Origin: Octopus bimaculoides
Taxonomy: Eukaryota
DNA length: 64,000 nt
Direction: 5' to 3'
NCBI RefSeq assembly: GCF_001194135.2
Contig: NC_068988.1
Span: 59,348,993 to 59,412,992 of the forward strand
A program made the translations under genes and the position numbers. The notes under the pieces were generated by a model. The model was not told the origin of the DNA. It worked only from the letters and a program-made list of their open reading frames with translations, and did no database searches. This document shows positions 13,480-27,001 of the stretch, one piece after another (the stretch's first letter is position 1; each line of letters opens with the position of its first letter).

Positions 13480-16400
13480 TCAAGACAAAGAAATATTACT
13501 CGTAAAATATGCTTATAAAAACGTAACAAGCTTGGGTTAGTAATTATTAATAAAGAATATTCTGTTATTGTTTAGTTGCTGTCCCGTCGTTGACTCGCTA
13601 CACTGTTAGAATAGATGGATTGATCACTTTTCTCAAATAATCAGACGAATTATCCTTGTATAGGCTCTCTTTATTTCTTTGCAGAATACCGTTATTTCAT
13701 TCGTGAACATATATTCGTTCAATGTAGAATTTGTGGAGAGCTTTAGTGTGTTCAATATAGAATTAATGGCGAAATTTTCACGATATAAGCTATGTTAACT
13801 AGTCTGATTCAGGGCTCGTCATAGGCATACACGCATTTCACTGTTTGATCGTTTGCATTTACTGGCTTTCACACATATAAATACGGTACGCCGATTTGCT
13901 TTGGTCAAAATCTACGATAGAGATTTCGCTCATTCCTTCATTCCTATAGCTAGATGTATATTAGCGGTAATTTTATAAACATGATGATGATTTCGGTGTT
14001 TTTTGTTTTAGAACTTATTAGAATCAAGCTATATTTCATTTTGTATTTTGTTGCTCGAACCTGTTTTCTATAAAATGGTTTTGATTTCTCAACTCCAAAT
14101 CTGATCACCTTTACAGAGCATCTTCAGAACAGACATATTTTTAAAAATATCACCTAGATTCTTGATCATTTGCATTAAGGTTTCTGAATTTTTTTGCGAT
14201 TTCTTAATATTCATTGGAAGGAAATATATTACCGGCGAGATGAGGGAAAAAAGAAATAACCATTCTCATGAATCAGTGGGTAAAGAATATAAGCTAGTTT
14301 TGCTTCTTTTTGTACATCCAAAGTAAGTTTTTGCTTTGCTGAGCTCAGTATTGAATTGAATGTGAAGATTTATGTTGTTGCTGGAGTAACACAATTTCAC
14401 TTGATTTATAATTATATATACATGTTAATGATATATAAGTATATATACATGTCAACGTATGACATTTTTACTTGATGTAATGAAACACCTAGAAATCTCA
14501 TCTCTTGCAGTCCTCATTCAAATCACAGCTGGATTCGATCCAAACATTACGTTTCATAGACTGTTCAGTTCAAGATATCGCGTTTAGATCTAGATATCGC
14601 TATGACAGAGCTAATTATTTCCCATGGGTCATATATTATGTAACACACTAGCCTGTTATCATAAATATGATAGTTCTTTCTCTGAAATAAGTTAGAGACC
14701 ATGTTCAGTATTTTGTCTACGTAAACACTGTAGTGGCGTAGAATTAGTTAATGATTTTAACCAGTTGGTGTTAGTATCAATTCTAAAAATGTGTGGTATG
14801 TTGCTATATTGGTCCACATCATCAAATGGAGATACTTTAATTTGCTATTTTAGGAAGATATTTGACTACATGCAAATCACTTCGCAAATAGATTTTTTAT
14901 GTCCTTCAGTAAAGGTTCTATCGTAAAGCGTAGGAAGTTACTTAAGCAATGGTTTTCCTTTTTTTTTCTTCACTATATTGATGTGCTAGAAATGTTTCAG
15001 TTTTAAATCCTTTGATGATAGTAGGCATACACATTCGGTCTTTCTACTGTCACATATGTCATTAATTAATCTATTATTATTTATTTTAGGCAGTTCATCG
15101 ATATTTTATTTTAAGTTTTTGTAAAGTAATCCAATTGTTTATCAGTTAAGAAACTCATTTTTGAGTGCAGTAAAAAGGTGAGTAGTTACCTACTTTTTAC
15201 CTATTTGTAATGTTTCAGAGTTTACATTGGCATATAGCATATTCAGTACAATGTACTTATAGCAGCATATTCACAATGAATACTTAACCGTCTTTGTCAG
15301 TTTCTATAATTATATTTGTGTCAAAGTTAAAATCTGTGAGATGCATTATCGTCGGCAAAAATTGGTTTTTGTTTGCTTTCTTTTTCTTCTTTGTATAGTA
15401 AAATTTAAATTATATTCACAGAATACATCAAGAGCTGTATTTATTTCTCCTTCCGTCTATTATTCTTTGATCGTTCATTTATTTACAATTAGATCTATAT
15501 CGTCATTATCCTTCTCAAATATCTGTATTGCTAATCTTGGTTTACAGCAGAATTCTACAATGCCATTATGGTTTCTAATATATTCAGTTTTGTGAATTGG
15601 CGTCACATACAAAGCTTTGCTATCTATATTTATTTGTAAAGAGATTACCACTGTTTAGCAAGATTATATTTGGATTTTCGTCATTGGAATGAATGTTGTT
15701 TCTCTTTATTTCTTGTGTACAGTATATGTAAAAATGGTTATTCAAATGATAATTTATACATTTTCTAAATATATTATCAGTGTTTCTTCACTTGTTGCTT
15801 CTATAGCTAGTGTGCAATTAGATTTTGTGTAATTAGGTATGATCCTTGTTACCTGCTCCTTATCATGTAAGTTTTCGTTCTGTCTAAAAGTATTTTTGCA
15901 TAACCTCTTGTTGGGATTATTCTCCCTGAATTTTGGTTACTTATTCCCTTGATTATATCTATATATATGAGCTTTTGCTATCTATCTTATGGTATGAATA
16001 ATATATGGCTTAAATAAATTGCGTATAAACAACTCCGCTGCGTGTTTTTTTTTTACATTTTGAAATTGTGTATATGTATTCAGAGAGTGGTAGTTGTCTT
16101 AGAAAGTTTGTGATTACCTGGGTTTTAACGTTGTGTTATAGCGTTGTTTTTTTTTCTTTTTTGTTTTGGTAATTGTAATCTCGGTTACGCGTTGGATGAT
16201 AGGGTTCCGTAGAAGTTTGGGTCTTTGATTTCTTTATGCACACACACACACACATGCACATCCATACAAACGCACCCAAATATATACATTATATATGCAT
16301 TCATGTGTAATCAGTATGCACGGATACGTGTATATTAAGACATATGAAGATTCTACCTGAATTAACCGGTAATACGGGGTTAATTTTCAGTACCTGTTTC

Positions 16401-18650
16401 CATTACACTGTTTCATGTGCCTCTCTACCTTTGTTGCTGTCACATATAGTGAAATTTTAGAATTACGTCAAAATATTCAAATTAGGTATACTGAAATAAT
16501 TTTTCACGTTAAATCACATTTTATGATTTATTGTTTCCAGACCAATGCCGTCAGATATTACTGGGGTTTAAAGTTTAATCACAAAATGAAAACAAAATCT
16601 TTATGAGGAGGAAGTTTTATTAAACAAACGAAAAAAGAGCGTTACGACGATCAAAGTTGTAAGAACTTTGGAATCTTAATATGCTTAAATGACAAAAAAG
16701 ACATGTGAAACTGTCGAACGAACACGCACATTATTTAAAAAGGAAAACACTTACAACAATATTTCAACGGAACAATTGATACTTGATGTAATTTCTTTGT
16801 CATTTAGTAGTGGAAATGAATGATAGTATGTTCATAAAAGAATAGTTTTTCTTTTTTCTTTTTCTGTAAGATGGCTGCAGATTTGTTAGTGTTGGATGAA
16901 ATATAGTGCTATATTTGTTTGCATACCTTGCAACCTGAACTCAATTTCGTCAGATGTCAACAGCGGCTTTCATTTCCCACTTTGATGAAAGTATAGGGAG
17001 AATGATCAGAAATTATGCATTCGTGTAATATTAGATGAATTAGTAACATTAACAGCGGCATCGCTTTCGGCAAACCTCACGACGACACCTTTGTCGACCT
17101 CTGTCAGTTTATACCGGTGAACAATCACTTGGAAACATCGGTAGCGATGTGAGGAAAGAATTGTATAAATTCTACGAATGTTCTTCCAAATCTCCAGTTC
17201 CGTCCTGCACTCTTTTCTGCAGATCAATGCAAAACCGTGGGTGCGAAGGACCCCAGAGTTTTATTTTCTCAATGCGGAGAATATACAATTTTTCAAATCC
17301 CTTTCTTCGTCATTAAAAAAAAGTCTTTGTTTCATGATTGTGAACTTTTGGATGGATAGGATTGAACCACTATATTGCATGCAGTAACATTATTCTTCAC
17401 AGTAAAAGGTCGTGTTAATGACTTGTATTTGTTCATAAATACATTCAGTAGTCGCATCTACATTCTGACGCATGATAAATGAGGAAATTCACTTATCGTA
17501 CTAGATAGGAAAGAAATATTGATTTTATAAAGGGCCCATTTGTTTGAATGTTTTTCTCCCAATACATTATAAATCCTGTTCTTATCTACCACGTTTCAAA
17601 TTATCATTCGGAAAAAATTCTAAAATTTAGAATGATCATATATCGTCAGTTTCATTTATTAGTATATTATTAGTATTCTATTTATCTATTTTTTGGGTGA
17701 AGGAAATGAAAAAAAAACATAAAAAATTACTTTTTCAATAGTAGAAAATACCGCAACAGACTAGATATAAAGATGCAGTAATCACTTGTAAACTTTTGTG
17801 TCAATTTTTTTAAGCACTTACTTTTGTTAGTAAGCGAAGAAATAACTTTGGTAAATCATATGCGTTTTCAAATGTCAGATAACGAAAGCGCTTAAACAGT
17901 TAAGATGTTTGATCGCGAAAATATAAAAAAATTGATCACCCAACATAAGAATTACTCAGTTAGTGCATCTGGCCTTTGCATATATAATTTGATAAAATGA
18001 AAGCAATTGTCGGGATACGCATACACACACATAAACACACACACATACATACACACACATATATATACATGCATATATGCATATAAATATGAATGCACCA
18101 TATAGATATATTTTATACATATATGTATATATATATATATATNNNNNNNNNNNNNNNNNNNNNNNNNNNNNNNNNNNNNNNNNNNNNNNNNNNNNNNNNN
18201 NNNNNNNNNNNNNNNNNNNNNNNNNNNNNNNNNNNNNNNNNNNNNNNNNNNNNNNNNNNNNNNNNNNNNNNNNNNNNNNNNNNNNNNNNNNNNNNNNNNN
18301 NNNNNNNNNNNNNNNNNNNNNNNNNNNNNNNNNNNNNNNNNNNNNNNNNNNNNNNNNNNNNNNNNNNNNNNNNNNNNNNNNNNNNNNNNNNNNNNNNNNN
18401 NNNNNNNNNNNNNNNNNNNNNNATCGAAAAAGTGAAAACAATCAATGTTAATTCTCTAAACGAGGTATTAACAGTAACTGCACGATAAAGTGAATTATAT
18501 TGCCACTTAAATGTGGCTGACCCCTAGGGGTGGATGTTACTGTTGCTTTTATTCCCAGGAAGACATCTCCTCCAGCTGGCTTATCGACACACTTCTGTGT
18601 CCTGTTTGTTTTGTCAAGGGAAGTTATCCCTCTCATCGTGATCTGTAGCA

Positions 18651-18695
18651 CGAACGGACTCGAGTTTCAGGGTTATTTCCCTTCGTCAGCGTCCG
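18651..18695 (-). ncRNA. Minimal type-I hammerhead ribozyme motif, intact core
   Basis: Minus strand reads cggacg CUGACGA aggg-aaauaa-cccu GAAA c-ucga-g UC cguucg: 6-bp helix I, 4-bp helix II, helix III with palindromic UCGA loop, GUC cleavage triplet. Confidence 0.85.
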
Positions 18696-20640
18696 ATAGC
18701 CACCGATCTGCGATGAGAAAGCTAATTCTTGGCAAAACTTATATATCTTTTTCCAGTGAAATTATTCACTGATATCAAAAAAGTGAAAACAAGCAAAATT
18801 ATATATACTTATGTATATAATATATATCTATACATATGTATATATTTTTACATGGATACATAGACATACTCATGCATACATGTGTGTGCGTGCGTGTGTC
18901 TGTGATGCGCTCGCGCGTGTTTGTGTGAGCGTATACGTATGTGGATATGAAGATAGTAACTAATGTTTGTACGTATTGCGTTGAACGCATGACATTTCTA
19001 ATATTCAGTTTCCACTTGAATTTAAAGATATTCATTTTTTATATTTTTCAGAGTTTTCTGTATTCAGTAGAGTTGAGAAAATTTAAACTCCCATTAAAAT
19101 TTGCAAGATTCATCTTTATTAGTATAAGATGACTTCTTAACGTCTATAACAAACAATGTTATGCAAATATAATCTATGTAGAGTTTGTTGTCAGAACGAT
19201 AATTTTAAACTGTATTTGCACACATCACAAATCACTGGTTTTTATGGTTTTTCTTTTATGCAATATTGTTATTCATCTTTGTATTGAAGACTAGTATTAT
19301 ATTATTAGTAATTTTTCCATCGTTAAACTCCTACATTAAATGAAATTTCTTTCATGACGGCTGGGAATACGTATTTGTTGTCATATATAATTCAATATAC
19401 CTTGCGTGGAGTATTGTGCTGAAAATGTTTTTTTTTTAAGCACGTGGTAAAATAGATTGCTTTGTATCGAACAGAAACAGCTTTTCAATGTTTGTGGAAA
19501 GACAAAGAAGCACCAGCATAATCACTCGCCATCTTAGAAACAGAATATATTTTCCGCGTAAATTACAACATCCTATCTTATATACGAATTCGAGTTCCAC
19601 TATGTAGCACCTTACATATATAAATTTGGAGACGGTCATAATAGAAATATTTCATCCTTGGAGTGGTCAATCAATTTTGACCTAAGAGGAAATTCTTGGA
19701 ACATGGTTGTTCACAGCTTCTCAATCAATGGAAAATGTTTGATGTCAGGTAACCGGCAAGAAATATTTCCTGACGTGAAGGTATACATCACAATAGATAG
19801 GGATAAGTATATACAACAAACAGATGCATGTAATATATCGGGCAATAGGTTTTGTCTGCCATCCCACATCCCAAGAGTATCGAGCACGTAAATTTATAGA
19901 TTTTCTGTCAAGCAATATAATTAACAATTATTTGACCGATTGGATGCTATATTAGAGTGTCGTTACATCAGGTTATCTCCAACACAATTTGCCTTAGATG
20001 CACAAATTATTCAAGAAACTACATCATTTGACTTAAATGTTCGCGGTGTTCAAGAAGCTACAGCATTATTTATCCATGCTTTTATATAATAAACATTGAG
20101 AGACATTTACAACAGATTTCGAGAAAGGTAAATTTGAAAGGTCTTAATGAAATTAATGCAAAATGCACGCTATAGTAAATTGAAATTCCTTTCAAAATTA
20201 TCACTTTTAATGAACTTAGGTTTCACAGAAACTGTTAAATGTTTACATCCACTCGAAATATAGGTCAGTAAATATTGTAAGTAACAATGAGTGCGGTGAC
20301 GAGAACAAAGAGAAACTATGACTGTTCACAAAAAATCAAAGTACACATATATGTTTTAATTATATCCTTATTGTAATATGTAAAATCTACTGCAAATAAA
20401 TGTAGTGCAGTCAAAAATGTACTTTAGGTAGATATTGGTGACGACTTGAAAGTGTCACGTTTAATTCATTTTGCAATCGATTCTTGCACCTAATTATAAT
20501 TGTGTCGAACATTCTTACGTATTGCATGGGAAATGTTGACGCCTTAGGAAGAATGGTAAGCTAATTGAAGAGCAAATCGATCAAGGAGGCGGAGATCTTA
20601 GACATTTTATTTTTCTACACATACGTGAGACATATGCATG

Positions 20641-20671
<31 letters not shown>

Positions 20672-21622
20672 NNNNNNNNNNNNNNNNNNNNNNNNNNNNN
20701 NNNNNNNNNNNNNNNNNNNNNNNNNNNNNNNNNNNNNNNNNNNNNNNNNNNNNNNNNNNNNNNNNNNNNNNNNNNNNNNNNNNNNNNNNNNNNNNNNNNN
20801 NNNNNNNNNNNNNNNNNNNNNNNNNNNNNNNNNNNNNNNNNNNNNNNNNNNNNNNNNNNNNNNNNNNNNNNNNNNNNNNNNNNNNNNNNNNNNNNNNNNN
20901 NNNNNNNNNNNNNNNNNNNNNNNNNNNNNNNNNNNNNNNNNNNNNNNNNNNNNNNNNNNNNNNNNNNNNNNNNNNNNNNNNNNNNNNNNNNNNNNNNNNN
21001 NNNNNNNNNNNNNNNNNNNNNNNNNNNNNNNNNNNNNNNNNNNNNNNNNNNNNNNNNNNNNNNNNNNNNNNNNNNNNNNNNNNNNNNNNNNNNNNNNNNN
21101 NNNNNNNNNNNNNNNNNNNNNNNNNNNNNNNNNNNNNNNNNNNNNNNNNNNNNNNNNNNNNNNNNNNNNNNNNNNNNNNNNNNNNNNNNNNNNNNNNNNN
21201 NNNNNNNNNNNNNNNNNNNNNNNNNNNNNNNNNNNNNNNNNNNNNNNNNNNNNNNNNNNNNNNNNNNNNNNNNNNNNNNNNNNNNNNNNNNNNNNNNNNN
21301 NNNNNNNNNNNNNNNNNNNNNNNNNNNNNNNNNNNNNNNNNNNNNNNNNNNNNNNNNNNNNNNNNNNNNNNNNNNNNNNNNNNNNNNNNNNNNNNNNNNN
21401 NNNNNNNNNNNNNNNNNNNNNNNNNNNNNNNNNNNNNNNNNNNNNNNNNNNNNNNNNNNNNNNNNNNNNNNNNNNNNNNNNNNNNNNNNNNNNNNNNNNN
21501 NNNNNNNNNNNNNNNNNNNNNNNNNNNNNNNNNNNNNNNNNNNNNNNNNNNNNNNNNNNNNNNNNNNNNNNNNNNNNNNNNNNNNNNNNNNNNNNNNNNN
21601 NNNNNNNNNNNNNNNNNNNNNN

Positions 21623-21792
21623 CTACCGCGAAGTTCTGAGTTCAAATTCCGTCGTGGTCGACTTTGCCTTTCATCCTTTTGGGGTCGATTAAATAAGTAC
21701 CAGTAACGCACTGGGGTCGATATGATCGAATTAATCCGTTTGTCTGTCCTGGTTTGTCCCCTCTGTGTCTAACCCCTTGTGGGTAGTAAAGA

Positions 21793-21795
<3 letters not shown>
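21623..21795 (+). mobile_element. SINE (5' end lost in N gap)
   Basis: gagttcaaattcc B-box, gtcgactttgcctttcatcc core, 3' tail ccccttgtgggtagtaaagaaataa followed by (AT)n. Confidence 0.9.
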
Positions 21796-21835
<40 letters not shown>

Positions 21836-22160
21836 AATATATGCAAAGTATATGCATAGTGAAACAACGCTATGTAAATGTAGAAGACAACGCCCAAAAA
21901 TCAAGACGGTCTAAATGAAACCTTGCTACAAATCGATTTTTAGTATTATATTATAATGACCCTTGCCATTTCACCGATACAAGAGACAGAATTTGAAATT
22001 CCCTCACACAAATGTTGGAAGAATTATCACCCATACTGGTCGATGAAGACATTTAGACGAGATAAAGAGCGACAAAATCTGAGCAAATTACAGTACAGCA
22101 TCAATAATGGTAAAAATGAAGTGGGCGGACGTATTTAATCCTCGTCTTATAATTCAATAG

Positions 22161-22340
22161 ATGTCTGAAAGAGGAAAAATGACTATGCTGCAAAAAGGAT
22201 TACATTTTCTAAAGTCATCAGCCGTTTACACAATCAGAAAACAAGTAAAATTTATTGATGTCCCAGAGAGTAGAGTTCAGAGAATTTTCCGAATGCATAT
22301 TATTGAGCGATCGAAATATAACACACATAGAGTATTAAAA
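22161..22340 (+). mobile_element. Possible Tc1-type transposase HTH relic
   Basis: MSERGKMTMLQKG..VKFIDVPESRVQRIFR loosely resembles Tc1 N-terminal HTH spacing. No TIR found. Confidence 0.3.
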
Positions 22341-23216
22341 AGTACTTTCTACTGCTTCGAGGCAAATATATTTCGAAATCAGATGAAGTCGAAAGAATTC
22401 ATCGATAAATGAAGTACCATGCATCTAATAGAGTGATTCTGCTTCATCATCTTCCACAATTATCATCGCCGTCAGTATCACCAGCATTTCTGTTTTTTCT
22501 CGCTCTCTTACTTTACCTCCAACCAGTCCCCTTCAATTACCCACTTTATTCCGTTTGTGGAAGAATCGGCTATGTTCTAAATTCAAAAGTATTGTGATTC
22601 AACAGTTTTTTTAAAGCCTACAAGACGGGACTTCGATTATTCTGTTACTAGAAAGCAACATATGACAAGCAATAAATTACTCCACATTTAAAACAAGTTA
22701 TTTAGTTTCCGTCCTCCGCCTTGTTCTGCATAATTTTATAAAATTGCGATATACTTTCATTCAATATTTTAGTTAATTTTTTCCTCAAAGAAAAATCCTA
22801 CTTCAATTTTCTTCAATAGATGATCATATTCAAAACCTTTACGAAGGATTTTTCTCATATTTTGGTCAAAGTACATAGTAAGTTAAGCTACCATTTATTC
22901 CATTGTTATTAAACATAACATTGTATTAAATTGCCTTTCGTCATCCATTTTTTATTTGTAATAAAATTCAGAATCGATTAATGACAAAAAAAAAATAATA
23001 AATAAATTGACTCTGTTCTTATGTATACGCATATTATAAGCAAGAAGTATATTTTCCATATAATTCTGGCTAAAATCAATAATTATATATAAGATTGCTT
23101 TCGCTAAAGAATACAGATGATATTATACAACTTGGTTTAAGCCTATGCGATAAGCAATGGCTGACGAAATTGAATAAGGATACATTTGCTTTAATGACGA
23201 TAGTGTAAGAAAAGAT

Positions 23217-23217
<1 letters not shown>

Positions 23218-23270
<53 letters not shown>
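23218..23270. repeat. (TAC)n microsatellite
   Basis: Direct reading. Confidence 0.95.
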
Positions 23271-23271
<1 letters not shown>

Positions 23272-23286
23272 AACAATAATAATAAT

Positions 23287-23817
23287 TCCTGTACCAGGCA
23301 ATGGTTCTCATGTCTTCTGATCTTAAATGATTGGAAGTGTTGTCATCATTGTTTTCCCTTGGTATAAAAGATTGGCTACAGCAAATATTCTGCTCAATAC
23401 TACAAATCTGCGTGTCAGTTGTTTAACCTTAACCTGTTGAGCATGTCCCTTAGTGGATGACGATATGTGCATCTATAATCACGGACATAAGTAGTGGGAG
23501 AGCATCATAGCCATGTGCTGAAAGGAATTCTTTGGGGTTTGGATAATTCACCTTTGGAAACATGGGTGTCAACATCTTTAAACAGCACTTATCTAGGCAT
23601 CTTTTGAACGTTATGGGCTACTCGACCTGAAGAAAATTTTAACTTAGCTCTTAGGTGATGCGCTGTTTATCTTGATATGACATCACTATGTCACGCACAT
23701 ATAGTTGTGATGCATTTTCCTGGTGTACCCTTATCAGACGGGTAGTTATAATGGGTGTACTGGGCTTCGTATAGTTTACCTCGTGTCAATTTGATGGCAT
23801 CTATTGCTCTCTCACTC

Positions 23818-23818
<1 letters not shown>
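23287..23818 (+). mobile_element. ~530-bp non-coding interspersed repeat bounded by (AAT)n on both sides; probable non-LTR retrotransposon 3' end or non-autonomous derivative
   Basis: Starts after aataataataat and ends ctctctcactc followed by (AAT)17. No ORF. Recognised as a recurrent octopus-type repeat from memory only. Confidence 0.6.

Positions 23819-23868
<50 letters not shown>
23818..23868. repeat. (AAT)n microsatellite
   Basis: Direct reading. Confidence 0.95.
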
Positions 23869-23869
<1 letters not shown>

Positions 23870-23870
23870 T

Positions 23871-24705
23871 CCTGAATAGTCAACGGAAGAGAAGGACCTC
23901 TACTCCGCAAGGAATTACATGGTTATTTCACCGTGAAACTAACAACTGAAGAGACCTCGAAGCATCATCAAGGTGACCTTAAAAAATGAAGACTGAAAAC
24001 CTAAGAATCAGGCATTGAATAACAACTCAGTGAAAAGAGATATATGTCATACAAGTGTAACGAACATCTCTAGATTGGGTAGGGTTGAAAGCGTGAATCA
24101 CATTGTCAGTGTTTCTGACTCACATTATTAATCTTGCGTAGAAAGAATACAGGCGCAGACTCGACAAGTTATTCCTAAATTCTCACTGGCTACAAGGCCG
24201 GCAGTATGGATACGAGGTAATATACACCAGAAAAGTTAATGGATGAAAAATGGGAATGCAAAGATTATCTACGGCTTTGACTTCCAGACAGAGAAGGTGC
24301 TGAATAACGAGAGCCGGATAGAGTAACCTTTAGGAAAAACAAGCAAGGATGCCTAATGATCGCTGTGTCAGTGCCAGTAGATCAACATATTATCATGAAA
24401 AAAGAGTAAAGATTGACAAATATGCAGACTTGAGAATTGAGATCGTCAGGTTGTGGCAGCTACGCGATGTATACATAAAGGTTGTCCCTATTGTCACTGG
24501 AACATTGGGTTGAATATCACTCAATATGAAGAACCAGAAATATCTTACAATCTAGGTGAATTGCAAAAATGGACTTTGGAGCGGCACGTATATTGTGTAA
24601 AGTACTGAGGCCCTTCTTGTGACTTGACAGACAGTACAAATCTCCGGTAGACACAATATCTTCAATCAACAACATCGCGGAAATAGATACTGTGCGACGT
24701 CTTAA
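23871..24705 (+). mobile_element. R4/Dong-type non-LTR retrotransposon 3' fragment (decayed CCHC knuckle plus restriction-like endonuclease)
   Basis: NQALNNNSVKRDI..VESVNHIVS..KEYRRRLDK..AKIIYGFDFQTEK..PDRV..CLMIAVSVP..KIDKYADLRIEIVRLW..VVPIVTGTLG follows the REL C-terminal motif order (RHD, PD..D, KY..L, VVPIV.G.LG). Many stops and frameshifts. Confidence 0.85.
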
Positions 24706-24715
24706 ATAACAATAG

Positions 24716-24716
24716 C

Positions 24717-24759
<43 letters not shown>

Positions 24760-24771
24760 CTAATAATAATA

Positions 24772-24837
<66 letters not shown>

Positions 24838-24840
24838 ATA
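24716..24840. repeat. Compound trinucleotide microsatellite (AAC)n(AAT)n(GAT)n(ACT)n
   Basis: Direct reading; runs into an N gap. Confidence 0.95.
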
Positions 24841-26629
24841 NNNNNNNNNNNNNNNNNNNNNNNNNNNNNNNNNNNNNNNNNNNNNNNNNNNNNNNNNNNN
24901 NNNNNNNNNNNNNNNNNNNNNNNNNNNNNNNNNNNNNNNNNNNNNNNNNNNTATATATATATAATTCAAAAATACTTGTAGTAAAAAAAAAAACGAACAT
25001 ATACTGAATACACAGGCGACCAGAAAACACCGTGTTTACCGCTTGTTGTCTACTTCTATTCATTCATCATGTGTATGTGGGGGTGTGTGTGCTCGCGCGC
25101 GCGTATGTGTATTATTTTGCGTATGATTGTGTATGCATCTGTATTTACACTTACATTTACATATCCACGTGCATAGAATTTCTTTAAACAATGATACGTT
25201 GAGATATTCATTGCTGTCAGCCTCATATGTAGCACCTTTCTCAAACTCATTCTATTTACAATCAATAAATACATATTGTGTCCTCATTTAATTAAATATT
25301 AGGAAGTAAATCACTGCCAGAGTTTGACTATTTATATTATATCATTCACTTAGCTCCATTAAGTGTATTTGATTTTGATTGGATTAACCGCTTTGATTTT
25401 CATACAAAAGAGTTATTGCACAATATATGCAATTATATGAGATATATATTATAAAGAGACCTATTGAAAAATGTCTGCAACTTAAATGTACGCTGCAGTA
25501 ATCTACAATAAATCTATTAAAACTTTATTAGATCAGAATAATTTATTAGTTGATATACGTATCGTTATTATGTCCAGGTCATCTCTGATTGATCAGACCT
25601 GATATATTGTACTTTAGCTGTGGCCATCCTCTCTACTCCTTCTTTCCCATCACCAAGCGTAGTGTACCACCAGTGCTTCGTTTCTAAATTATTGCACAGA
25701 GCTGTAATTCTAGCTAACATGTTATGTGATAGACGCGTCTAGATAAACGTATAAGTAAAAATAAAACATTGCACAGTTACAAGCTATTGTGATCTGCTTG
25801 GTTATATCGTAATTTCTCTATCCTTTTTAGGAGCTATTTAGTGACAAGAAAACGTGGACATGTTATCACCCTCATGCGCCAGTGAAATGGCCAAGATGTG
25901 ACAGCTGCTAGACAATGTTCGTTGCGTAGACTGAAACAACAAGAGGTTACGTATTACTTGATGAAGTGCTTTAATCGAACGCATTGAATATTTGCAGATT
26001 CTGTACCTATATATTTAAAGAAATCACCTACATGCACCTTAAAAAATATATTCAGCCTGAAGATACTAAATCCTATCTCTGCAATGTAAGTAGTTGGCCA
26101 GGTCTTCTTAATCTGCAAGTGACAGAATAAGATAACATGGATTGTGTGCGCAATGGTGTAGGATAAAATCTGTTGATACAAAATTTACTAGTACATTATA
26201 GCATAAAATATCCAGGATTATATTGTCCCCGAAGTGTCCATTGATATCTTTCCTTTGTCTCAAATTAGTTCCCATGCAGAAGATATATAATCAAATGCAT
26301 TCAAACTCTGTCCATTATAGCTCATATTTATTTCAGATGTATTTTATCTCAGATTTATTTGTCCTATACCTCCTTCTACACTGCACTCTAGGTGTCTCGC
26401 CCTCACTACTGCTACAGAAGATCTAATAAAATGTTTTTCATCTGTGAACTTCTTGTATTTGTGTTCAAAACAGGTACCTGGACCGAAACTGTATAATGTA
26501 TTCTAACTGTCTGTTTTTTTGAAGCAGGATACATTTGATGACAGTTCGCAGTTATTTGTAACAAGTCGTGATACCATGTGGTAGCATGTTCTTTAACACA
26601 CAACCTGTTCCGGAAGGAAACCGTTCAAT

Positions 26630-26720
26630 TTTACGACAGACTCGCGGAAGGTCGGGCCCAGGCCAGCCTTCCCGAGAGCCGCCGCCAAGTACCGATGGTC
26701 GACCCTGTCGAAAGCCTTAA
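26630..26720 (-). mobile_element. Short RT fragment of an L1/Tx1-type LINE
   Basis: GC-rich island; minus frame KAFDRVDHRYLAAALGKAGLGPTFR (RT motif A region). Confidence 0.75.
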
Positions 26721-26770
26721 ATCATTATTATATTATAAAGTTTTAAATCATTATTATATTGCATACAAAT

Positions 26771-27001
26771 GCGGTGAGCTGAAAGAAACGTTAGCACGCC
26801 GAGCGAAATACTTTGCGGTATATCGTCTGCCGCTACGTTCTGAGTTCAAATTCCGCCGAGGTCGACTTTGCCTTTCATCCTTTTCGGGGTCGATTAAATA
26901 AGTACAAGTTACGCACTGGGGTCGATACAATCGACTTAATCCATTTGTCTGTCTTTGTTTGTCTCCTCTATGTTTAGCCCCTTGTGGGCAATAAAGAAAT
27001 A
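26771..27001 (+). mobile_element. SINE, full length, tail type 1
   Basis: Head gcggtgagctg..gttagcacgcc, B-box gagttcaaattcc, tail ccccttgtgggcaataaagaaata. Confidence 0.9.

Noticed and set aside
19658-20080. ORF with vague discoidin/fucolectin-like look
   Set aside because: Key residues absent, frames closed by stops, no clear splice sites.
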